Source: Syncephalis fuscata S228 (taxonomy: Eukaryota; Fungi; Zoopagomycota). From it: 64,000 bases of DNA. The notes beneath the pieces are model-generated. The model saw only the letters and a list, made by a program, of their open reading frames with translations, did no database searches and was not told the origin of the DNA. Of this stretch, positions 36,729-48,165 are shown one piece after another. Position 1 is the first letter of the stretch. Every line of letters begins with the position of its first letter. Location: the NCBI GenBank assembly GCA_025786725.1, contig JAHLTZ010000003.1, positions 434,001 through 498,000 on the forward strand, in the 5' to 3' direction. The translations under genes and the position numbers were made by a program.

Positions 36729-39557
36729 TATATCTGCGTTTTAATGTATTGCTTCAATGACATTCGTATACTGATATCGTGTTCACGCTGCTATGCCAAT
36801 GTGGTTAAATATATATATTGTGCTATTGAATAAATTGCTATGATCACATGTGAACATTCATAAAAATAATAGCATTAATTGCTAATAATAAATAACTATT
36901 ACAAAAATATGAATAATAAACACTTGTTGATTGTAGGCATATGCTTAATAGCATATACTACTAATGCTGTATCGATAAAAATATATTACATAGCGTTTAA
37001 ATTCTATCATTAGCTACATTTGCTATAAAATGCTAACACAATAAAGATAATATTGTTTAGTTTTATTTTTGAGACTAAAGCTGTAACAACATAAAAAAGG
37101 TAATACTAAAATAGTATTAATATACCATTTTCAACTGTACTATACAAAGTTCAGTATAAAATAATATGTTAGTTAGATGTCAGTTCATTTTATAATAATA
37201 TTCCATTATTTATCTAATCAACAGCAATATGAATAATAAAAAATACTGTTTGAGTGTTGAAAAGTAAAGGCTGCTAGTATAACAATGCTAGTATGATACT
37301 ATCCGGGTATATACTAATTATATCATATTTAAATCAAAATTATTTGTTTATTGCTACAAGTTTGCATAGTTGAATAGGCACAGCTGAGTGCAGGCCTATT
37401 GCTAATATAGCGGTCCCATTGATTGAAGAACAAATAAGCCGAAATATCGGCCGAGAATCGATATATAAATGGACTGGTCGGCAGTTGCAAAATGGTCTTG
37501 CTTTTTATCAACGATATACCTAAAATGTATTCAACTGACATCCCAATTACGCTAAAAATCCTAATTCTTTGCTGGCAAGAAATCTTTATATTTATAAATA
37601 TATACAGAAATACCATTTAGTTAACATATAGGCCAACAATAAAAAACTTTACTTACCGGCTATTAGTATTGAATTGTTGGCACACGCGTTGAATAGTAGG
37701 TAATTAGCGTATAGTCGATAATATACAGTCTCACCTACGATCTATTAATGTAGGTTATTGGATAAAACAATAGATAGCATATAATTAACGCATAGCTAAT
37801 TATTATGTTTCGTCACTTACAAGCTAATGACGTTATTAAATATACAAATTACATAGGATGCAATTGGCGTATAGTCAATTAATACACACTACCACTTACG
37901 TTCTACCAATATCAAATTGTTGATACACATAGTACATAGTATATAATTAGTGTATATTTAATTAATACACACAAAATAATTATATAATTAGTATATAGCT
38001 AATTAATATATAATCTTACTTACCAGCTATTTATATCAAATTTTGATAAATGAAATAATATGCAATTAGTCGACTATTTAGCTACTTTTATTCTAGTTCG
38101 CCTCCTATTAAAATCGATTTAGCATACTAGTAAATATCTAGCTTGTATAATTATTATAATCACGGCATACCACGGCGGGCTAGAACAGGCTTGGCATCCT
38201 ATACCGGGCTATTAATGCACAAAACTGCTATTTTTTACATATATATTATGGTGCTCAAGTTAGCCATAAATATTGGAATCATAGCAGTATACTGATTGGT
38301 TCATGTGTACATTTAGTCCAACAACAAGATTATTGTTGCAGAAAACGCATTTTTGATGCTGTGTACAATATATTTATACAAGCCTATTGTTTACGATTGA
38401 TTGCCAGCATTAATGCTGCATGTTGTGTTTATACATTTTTGAAAGTAAAGCATTCTATTTGGTCATTGGCAGCATCCGATAGTTCATCATATCATGTCCA
38501 ATATTTTTTAGAAACAGGCATTAAAATCTAGAAATACTCAACCATAGGTATAAGGAAATTACAATGGCCTATAGCCATTTTGGACACATTACACCAATAC
38601 ACAATACATTTACTCATGACTATAGTATCAAGCGTGTATTTGATCATAGGCTACCGCCGACCAAATGTTACTTGGCCTTTGGATCAATAAAACTGGATCA
38701 AATATTGAATTTATTAATTTATATACATCACAGTACTTTTATTGACTTTGGATGTGTAGGCAATACGTTGTAAGTAAGCTTATACACTAAGCAATACTCA
38801 AAATATATATAAAAAGCATATATCCATATGCTATAGTTCCTGGTATGTCTTAATTATACATTAAATAACAAACAACAGCCATCAGCAGCTATGCCTATAC
38901 ACTAATCTGTCGACTGTATTTTGCCAACATCTATTCTCATTTCAACTTTTATGCAATGGCACATGTACACTAGTAACTAGACTATAGATGGTTTTCCCAG
39001 TTCAGCATTACATCGCTATTTTAATAGACATGTTATATTTGCTACATTGAAATAAAGCACTTGTATTTTAATGATATTGATATAAAGCATTATACCTTGC
39101 CGCAATTCTCATTGTATTAGATTTTATATGTAGTGTGAAAGTTTTTATTAATTAATTGAATGAGTATGTATTACGCCTGTATGAGAATTGAAAGCTATTT
39201 TATTTTCTAGTAAAAACAAAGACTGCTCTAAATAAATATTTATATACTTTTACAAACTGGATAAAAGTAATAATACATTTATATTATACTTGCCTCTCTC
39301 GACTGGTTTGCCCGCTTGTGACTGGCATTTGTTTGCTTAATTGAAGTGCGACACGCTTCGAATATTTATTTTTAACTTTGGTATAGCTATTTTCATTATA
39401 GAATAACTTAGTAAGTTACAATTTCTAAAGCTGAAGCTGTAATAATGGTTTTGTTTTAATAATAATAGCGATTAATAATATTATAGCTTGAACAATCATT
39501 TGCGATACATATAACGTTTATTCAAATTTCTATAGCATGCTTATGTCTATACTTGGA

Positions 39558-41882
39558 CTAATGATGCTTTTGAAGCATAAAAAGTCGAAGTGCTTGACGC
39601 AATCGTTGATTGAAGCCATGTAGCATGGGACGTAGTTCATCTACTACTTGCACGGCCCAGCCTTGTCCATAGCGAAGTGCATCAGACGCTGTGCGTAGAA
39701 TATCATCCTGTCGCGCTAATAACGAGGCAGGTGATATGTAATTTTGTAATCGATTGACAGCGCCAATTGTGTTGCCTAAACGAGCCTCCACTTGTCGTAC
39801 ATGCTTTTTATTCAATCCGTTCATTACGATGTAGTTATCGGATAGTGGTCGAGGCGTTTTAATTTGAACCAATTCGGGCGTTCTACTAGTCAGTCGTGTT
39901 AGCCAGGTCGACTTTTTATCAAGTACTGTTGCCTTATAAACGGCATTCAGATATTGGCGTTCATTTTCATTGCCATTAGTAACAAAATCTGGCCAGTCAG
40001 ATGTATTTAAAGAATCATTTGAAAGTGGACTCAAAGCACTATTATCTTGCGTACTATCATCTGTGCTATTAACGGCCACTACATAGACGGATTTAGTAGG
40101 CAATGCCCATTTTACATTGGTTTTAGCAGCACCACTATTGTTGAATGGATGTTTAGCAGTACTATCGCTATTAGTACTATTGCTGCTATTGTTGTAATGC
40201 TCATTTTGCCAAGAATCTCTTAATATGCGCAGTATGCGCGGATCCTTATCGTCAAAAATCAATGATTCTTGCAGAGTGCTATTACCAGTTGAGGCAGAAG
40301 TCACCATTGTTTGTTGTATTACCTTACGGACTGATGAATTTGGCACATAGTCAATATAGCGATAGCATAGACCGGGTCCTTCAGTGTTGAGCGCATCGGA
40401 ATTCAACACGTTAAACGGCTCAACGGTTGAGTTAAGATGGCGTGGCTCGTAAGAATCGTCGACAAAGCCGCTAAAGTCGTTAAGATTTTTTATGCTACGT
40501 TTCTGCCATTGCCACCAAATCATGTCAACGTAGGCATGATGAACCCAAAAGATTGGATCGGACGAGCTGGCCATTGATGTGAATGAGCCGCCAATGCCCG
40601 CATGGATGGCACCGTGGGGCGGGCCTTCAAGCGTGGAACGTAACTCGTCATATGTTTTTGACGAAACGATAATAGCATCAATAGCCTCAGGCGAGTAAAA
40701 AGCACCAAGACTATTACCTTCATCGTAGCTACGTGTAACGCAAGTAACACTCGTTGAGTCTTCACCATCGACGTAAAGTGACCCCCAATTGGCAAAATAG
40801 CCGGTAGATAGACAGCCACCGCGCGATTGATCGCCATTACCGCCAAAGAATCGATTGGATAGCACCTCAGAGGCATGTGGTAATTGTGAATCAATGCTCC
40901 ATTTCCAGTATGGCAGTATAACATTTGGATTCTGTTTCCATAACGCTTCTTGGAATGTAGCAAGATAAAGACGGTGCCAAGTAAGAAAATCAGGTAGACC
41001 GTGCGCATTGTTTGCGTACTTTTGATGTACAACAGCAATTTGGTCGTAAAAACTAGGTGAAGGTCCAGCGTGCATACCACGCACAGCATTAACAAAATCG
41101 CGCCATTCTTTAGTTGTAAGCTGGCGTATTTCTTTACGTTCGACAATTTGGCCGTTACATGGTCGCTTTATGTTTAATAACTCAGTTACTATAGCCTCTG
41201 GCGTAAGTAAAGATATTGTTTCTATAGTAGGTGTAGATGTAGGTGTTGTAACTGCAGCTGTCTTTGTTTCTGTTTCCGTTGTTGGTATAAAACGAGAGGT
41301 AGTTGGTAAACTTTCTATTATTAAAGTCGATTTTACCGTATTTATTAATGATGTTGTTGTTGTTGTTGTTGCTGTTGGTTGAAGTGTTGCTGGTTGCGAG
41401 GTTGGTAATGGCGTTGATAGAAGTGATATAAAATCCGGTTTATCAACTACTGGTTCTAGTATAGTTCTATCAAGATTTTGTAATAATGAATCCAGTAACG
41501 GTTTAGTCGGTGCACCTTTACTATATGAAAATAATAATGGTACATTATCACTTGGTACATCGTCACTTGGTACATCGTCACTTGATAAACCATCCACTTC
41601 AGTATTTGTATCCGATGTAGTATCAGAAGATGAATCCACCGACTCTTCTAACGATTCAGTCTCATCTTCAGGCGGATCAGAAGATAATAATTCATTATCT
41701 TGTTGACGTTCTAGCGTCAAATGTTGATAGATTCGATGGCTATGCAATATGGGATCTATTTTTAAATTTGCAACGGTCACATCCGGTACCACCACAGCAT
41801 TGACTACAAATGTAATATTTGCTAGTAAAAGCAATATTGATAATTTACAAAAATCATATTCGGACCATAAAGACAACTGCAT
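39558..41882 (-). CDS. Intronless secreted tyrosinase-like protein with long N-terminal extension (TYR11)
   Basis: ATG at 41882, hydrophobic signal, ~210-aa acidic/Thr-rich extension ending KR-PC. CuA HQKYANNAHGLPDFLTWH, CuB LEGPPHGAIH..DPIFWVHHAYVD, LCYRY, divergent C-terminal module. Confidence 0.92.
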   Translation of the reverse strand: MQLSLWSEYDFCKLSILLLLANITFVVNAVVVPDVTVANLKIDPILHSHRIYQHLTLERQQDNELLSSDPPEDETESLEESVDSSSDTTSDTNTEVDGLSSDDVPSDDVPSDNVPLLFSYSKGAPTKPLLDSLLQNLDRTILEPVVDKPDFISLLSTPLPTSQPATLQPTATTTTTTSLINTVKSTLIIESLPTTSRFIPTTETETKTAAVTTPTSTPTIETISLLTPEAIVTELLNIKRPCNGQIVERKEIRQLTTKEWRDFVNAVRGMHAGPSPSFYDQIAVVHQKYANNAHGLPDFLTWHRLYLATFQEALWKQNPNVILPYWKWSIDSQLPHASEVLSNRFFGGNGDQSRGGCLSTGYFANWGSLYVDGEDSTSVTCVTRSYDEGNSLGAFYSPEAIDAIIVSSKTYDELRSTLEGPPHGAIHAGIGGSFTSMASSSDPIFWVHHAYVDMIWWQWQKRSIKNLNDFSGFVDDSYEPRHLNSTVEPFNVLNSDALNTEGPGLCYRYIDYVPNSSVRKVIQQTMVTSASTGNSTLQESLIFDDKDPRILRILRDSWQNEHYNNSSNSTNSDSTAKHPFNNSGAAKTNVKWALPTKSVYVVAVNSTDDSTQDNSALSPLSNDSLNTSDWPDFVTNGNENERQYLNAVYKATVLDKKSTWLTRLTSRTPELVQIKTPRPLSDNYIVMNGLNKKHVRQVEARLGNTIGAVNRLQNYISPASLLARQDDILRTASDALRYGQGWAVQVVDELRPMLHGFNQRLRQALRLFMLQKHH

Positions 41883-42296
41883 AAACAATAATCATCCAAT
41901 GTTTTGTCAGTCAATATCAATGGTAATAATAGTAATAAAAAGATTATGGTTAAACCAACCGATCAACTGACCTTTTTAAAGACCGTAGTATCTGCATTTA
42001 CGATGACGTTGGTTACAGGGGCACTGTTTCTACGTGGTAGTCGAACGAAAGTACAACAAACGCAAACACCATTTGTGCTGCGTTGGCGGGGTGCATCCAT
42101 TTACTAACGATCGGTCTTATTGTCACCTTAGCAACATTACGCGCTTTCACTCTACCAATTTGTTAGTGCAAATTTGACCCAATGGTAAACTTGGGATTTG
42201 AATAATTTTTCTTTTTTTTTTATTAAAATTAAATTATTGTCTCTTTCCCCCTCTCTCTCTTTTACGCTTGCTGCATAATACTATTCAGTCGGTACT

Positions 42297-45200
42297 ATGG
42301 AGGCATTGTTTAGCAAGATTCGCACGCAGCAGCGCTCTAAATTAGAGAATCAGCAGCAAGCTGCAACTGCTTTGCTAGCAGTGGAGGCAACACTTGATGA
42401 ACAAGGTGGTGACCGCACGCCAGCCGCCTATTTTGCTGTACTTTTTGCACTTTTGGCCGGTCAAACATCGGGCAAAGAGAGTGCAGGACTGCGAGCAGCT
42501 CTTATTTATTTGTTGTCGGCGGTATTTCCTGAGCTACCTACAGCGGTACTGCGCCATAAATACGAAGCAACCGTAACGGCTCTAGGTGAGATTTTTGTTG
42601 CCGACAAAGATGTTGCACCCGTAATGCGCGCAGCTATCGGCTGTTTGGATGCGGCGCTGGCTGCCCAAGATGCGCATACATGGACACAGCCACTAGCCCG
42701 TCAGGCCTACCAAGCACTATTGATGTCCACAGTCGATGGCCGCCTAAAATACGACGTCGTGCACAGGAGGCAATTGAGCACTTGTTGGCCACGCCACCTC
42801 CACCAGCAACACGCCATCCTGCTTCGGCAGCAACAGCTGAGTTTTGTATACGCGTATTGAATGAATGCGCCAAATCTGATACGCAATCAACGATTCAAGT
42901 ACTTGTACTTGCCAAGATAACGGCCAGTGCTTGGCCTGCCGCCGCTTTACCGCGTCTCTGCGAGCTACTGCTTCATTTGCCAAAGCTTAATAATACATAT
43001 TTGACTGTTGCGGCTCTTGAAGTGTTTGAAACGCTATTCGGACTCGATCAGCAAGAATTGACAGAAACACGACTCGCCGAAGTATTGCAAGCAATTCTAC
43101 AGCTTAAGCCAAATGTTAACGATGTTCAGCTAATGCCAGTCTGGTTACGTGTAGTGTCACTTGGCTTTGGCGCATATGCATTGAGTGATGCTAGTGCTTG
43201 TGCTGATGCACTACCTCAGCTATTCACAATGATATTTCCCAATCTTGAAACAGACCGTCCAGCTATTCTAGCTGCTTCGTCTGTTGCTTTGGCTGAACTT
43301 GTTCAGTCGTGTATTACGCCTGCTACTATACAAACACATCTGGCTGCAATAGATAGAGTTGTAACGATGACTACGACCGGTTTAGGCTATCGGTATCGCA
43401 TTGCTTGGACGGGTGTTCTTACCATTATAGAAACACTATTTGCACGTCTAGGACGTTATGGACTACCAATGATGCAAACGACACTTGAAATGCTAAGCCA
43501 GCTAAGAATGGAGCCAGAATTTGACTGTAAAGATGAATTGGACCAGACAATTGGTGCAGCTGTACGTCATATTGGCATTCAGTCTGTATTGAATGTTCTA
43601 CCCTTGAATCTTGACGAACAAAGCCGTCAGTCAGAAGGCGGACGCGCTTGGCTATTGCCGGTATTGGCCAATTACACAGCCAATACAGAATTAAGCTATT
43701 TTGTCGATACGCTTATTCCAATGGGCGATCATCTTGCACAACGTGCCACTACTTTCCGTGCAGCTGGTCGCGAAATTGAATGGAAAGTCTACACCACACT
43801 TACACATCAGTTATGGCATATTCTACCTGGATTCTTTACACTTCCCACTGATACGTCACAAGTAAGTATTATTAATGAAATAGAATTAGAATTAGAATTA
43901 GAATTAATTTTTAATTTAAATAGTGCTTTAATGATAGTTTAGTTGAAAGACTAGTCGGTGTTATGCAGAATGAACCCGAGTTATTGCCGACTATTTGTAC
44001 GGCACTACAGCTTTTAGTTGAGAAATATCAAACATTTTTGCATATTTGCCGTGAAGCAGAAACAACCGAAGAATTAACGGTTGATGGCGATCTTGTTTAC
44101 GATTTAACACAAGTATCGGTTGAAAACTCGCTAAAAGTTGTATCGAATCAGTCAAAGAAATTGCTAAGCGCTTTATTTACTGTGTATGGCGCAACAGCAG
44201 CAGAATCGCGTGGATATATTCTAAAGGTTATTCAAGTTTACTTGACAATTACTGCTGCAGCCGATGTCAATGCTACTTATCGCAGTGTACACCAAGTATT
44301 ACTTAAAGTTCTCTCTGATCCTAAAGCAGCTGCAGCGGCCAATCTACCTGATGCTGCCACATTATTAGATCTGGCCATTGGTATGCTTGACCAATTGGAC
44401 ATTGATAGTCTACGCGCTTTATTGTCCGTGATTATGTCATGGCTAGGTCGCGGCGATGAGCCTACACTGCAAAAGAAAGCACATCAAATTCTACGACGTG
44501 CTGGTAACTGTCCCAATGGACAGCAATTATGGCAAGAAGGATTCGAGGATATTTGCCAACAACTTATTGCAGCAACGGGCAGCATATCTGCTGCAGCCAA
44601 AAAGGTAAAATTACAAATTAATATAAACATTTACTAAATAGCTTATTTAGGATCGATTACTGGCCTTGAAGGAATTGATGAAACGCCTGCCATCTCATCA
44701 ACTAAATCATGTGCCCACACTACTATCCGAAACAATTCTATGTACGAAAGAAGTCAACGAACGTACACGCGATCTGGCTTATGATCTGCTCGTGACAATG
44801 GGCTACCGTATGAAAGATGGTGGCATGATAACAATGGCCGCTATAGATGATAATGACACCACTACAACTGGTAAATACTAGTTAATAGAGAAAAATAATG
44901 CTATATACTAATAATTGTTGATACCATTTAGCACAAGCCACGTTGACCGAGTACTTCACCATGACTGCAGCTGGCTTGGCCGGTGCTACTCCTCATATGA
45001 TTAGTGCAAGTATTGCAGCACTATCGCGTTTGTTATTCGAATTTAAAGATGACATCTCTCAAGACACAATTGATCAGCTATTGGAAACGGTCCACGTATT
45101 TATTGTGTCGGGCAACCGTGAAGTAGTAAAGTCGGCACTTGGACTGGTTAAAGTTGCCGTTATTACACTTGAAGCACCAAGATTCCAACATCATTTGGAA

Positions 45201-46594
45201 CATTTGATGAATGCACTTTTACGTTGGTCTAATGATCATAAAGGTCATTTCAAGGTCAAAGTACGACATATTATTGAACGATTAGTGCGTAAGTTTGGGT
45301 AAGTTAATTAATGGAATGTAGCTTCAAATGTGTTTATACTAACCAACAAATAGATACGATGCCGTTGAAGCATTAATGCCCGAAAAGGATCGTAAACTTA
45401 TTGTCAATATCAAGAAGCGCCGTCAGCGTGCCAAACGTCGTCGTGAAGCAGAAGCAGAAGGCAACGATGACGACAATGAAGAAGCCAGTACCAATCAAGT
45501 AGGCTATAATGACTAATTAATGAATGAATAGTAACGATAATATTAAATTGAATAATAGACGGCCGGTAATCAGCAACGTAGCAAGGTTGATGCCTATGAA
45601 GATGCACTTTATGGCAGTGAAAGCGATCTTGCTGATACAGACGATGAGGTTGATCAGGATAGACAGGCTCGTCGTACTGCTAACAAGGTAAATCCATCAC
45701 GAGTAAGTATATCATGGTTTATTCTATTTGTATATAGATATGTATGTATAAATGCTTACAATTATATAATATTAGAACGGAAAGTCATGGATTAAAGAGG
45801 ATGAGGATACACCATTGGACTTTTTGGGCGACCAAGTTGTATCTCAAGTTACAGGCAAGTATTTTAGATAATAATGTATTAAACAACAATTATATATTAA
45901 CTAACAATCATAAACATTTATTAGGTTCGGCACCATCTAAACGTAATAACCGACTGGGTCAAGAAAAATCAGCCAAACTGGCACACAAATTTGCCACCTC
46001 CGCCGATGGCCGTATCATGATTGAAGATGGCACTGATCGAGAAGATACGATCGTGCAACCAGGAGCTGGTATCCGAAACAACGATGACGACGATGACGAC
46101 GATAATGACGATAAAAACAGAGGCGAAAACTACTACATGGAGTCGAAGCAATCACGGGAAACTTACACACGCGTTGGTCAACGTATTAAATTTAGCAATC
46201 GTGGTATTCGTGCTGAAGCTTTCGGTAACGATAGCGATGGTGAAGGCGAAGGGACTTCAGCATCAAAAACAAGCCTGGGCAAGAAAGGTCCACGACGAGC
46301 TATGAATGGCCAGGGAGCAGCACCAAAACCATTGATTGGCCAAGCTTACCGATCTAAAAAGGCGAGCGGCGATGTTAAAAAGTCTGGCCGACCTGATCCA
46401 TATGCTTATATTCCATTGAATCCATTAGCACTTAAAAAACGGTAAGTTACTCCACCTTAGCGGTATAAGGACTAGTTTTATACTGTGTTATTAACTTTAT
46501 TAATTTTATTTATTTATATAAATTTAGTGGACCAAGGGCCAAATTGTCCGTCAGTATTACGGGGAAAAAGAGCGGCAAAGTTCATAAGAGATAG
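42297..46594 (+). CDS. RRP12: Ribosomal RNA-processing protein Rrp12 (NUC173/HEAT repeat), multi-exon, indel ~42743
   Basis: N-terminal SKLENQ..LLAVEATL, GRAWLLPVL, TPHMISASIAALSRLLFEF, HFKVKVRHIIERLVRKFG, C-terminal GDVKKSGRPDPYAYIPL. Confidence 0.9.
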
Positions 46595-47333
46595 TTACTT
46601 GGCAAAAGGACTTGCGGCTTTTTATTTACCGAATCCGGTAACAATAAATCTTTTTTATCTGTTTCTTAGAGATATGTGTTTCATAAACAATGAGGGGCTG
46701 GCTATAGCCTTACCTCAGCCGTAATAGCTATATGTACATTCATTTACTTATTTATATAGATAGAAGTGAGTAGGTGTATGAATGGTGGTGATAACAACAC
46801 TGAGTGGACAGATGTGACGGCTTTTGACCTTGGCCTCGATATAGATGTGCAAGATTCCACGCTTACAGGTAAGCTGTCGTCATTATACAACAGTAGAAAT
46901 CAACGATACTTGTATAAATATAGCATACATACATTTACAGCTAAATAATAGTATACTATTATTTAATTACACTTTTATATTTGATAATACCCAATTAAAC
47001 TATTTATTCTTTTAAGCTGTACTGCCTTTGATAACGCTCGATATTAATCATAAATTGCACTAATAACGAGGTAAGCACGTGTTCTATCAAATGATACTAT
47101 TGTTGCCATTATTACGGTTACCAGCATCAACGTCGCTATTACTGCTACTAGTATTCATTACCACTATATACACTGAATATGTAGTATAATTGTCATAGTG
47201 ATGTAGAATAATGCGGTGTATATAAAATGGACCGTATGGTCGTGCTGCCAACGAATAATGTGTGTGGTGAATTGGACATAAAAGGGAAATCAGGAAGGAA
47301 AAGGGGCGAAACACTCACGCACTCATTGCATCT

Positions 47334-47397
47334 ACACACACACACACACGTTGAGCTTTCCTTCCTTCAACACACACACACACAACTTTCTAACTCC

Positions 47398-47428
<31 letters not shown>

Positions 47429-47430
47429 CA
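47334..47430. repeat. Interrupted (CA)n microsatellites
   Basis: Three CA runs at ~47334-47349, 47371-47383 and 47398-47422. Confidence 0.85.
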
Positions 47431-48165
47431 CGCATACATCCTTCTACACCCACACTCAGACCCAAACTTGCTTACTCTACTACTTCTTTTCACTACTTTG
47501 TGTGCGCGGTGCGTGTGTGTGTGCATTGTCGGCAGATTATCGTATCTCTTACTGGTATACGCGGGTTTGCTCATTTTCGAACTAGGACGACTATTCATCT
47601 AGCGATCGTGTTATTATTACTATTATTATTATTATTGCCATTATTATTGCGGGTCTCAATCTCGCTTTTGCTATTTAGTACTGCGAGTATAGCTACTTGT
47701 GTGGAGTACGGTAAGTGGATGAGCTAGTGAAACGAATCAACACTCTAACTCATAGTAATGGCTATTGTGTTAAATGGATGGTCACCTTGGTGTACACAGG
47801 TATTACATTGCTGCGAGTTCATTATAAAGGTCGGTATATGTATGAATGTGTGTGTATATGTGTGTGCAAGCGTATGTGTAAATGTGTGTACATGTATGCG
47901 CAATATTCGGTGTTTGTATTGGTATATACATATATAGATAGATACCTTGCTAGTTGGAGCTTAGTCAACGATCAGCTGCTAACCAAACGGACTATAGATA
48001 TTGCGCTATATCACCGTAGACAAACTGCGTTCAAGTTGCCGGGTTTCTTATCGCTATCGTTGCCGTCTTTGTTTCGTTTCGTTTCGCTCCTACTTCTGTG
48101 TGCGTGTGCGTGTTAACTTGGCCTAACAGGCCGTTCTTATTTTCAATTATAATTATTAAGCTCCC

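Noticed and set aside
1-41882. Secondary-metabolite (melanin/betalain) gene cluster or bacterial melC operon acquired by HGT
   Set aside because: No PKS/NRPS, dioxygenase, transporter or separate caddie gene is present. The genes have spliceosomal introns and eukaryotic signal peptides. HGT cannot be argued without a phylogeny.
47227-48116. 166-aa and 133-aa ORFs upstream of the LDB-like gene
   Set aside because: Made of microsatellite translations (HTHT, LLLL, CVCV); probably UTR or intron.
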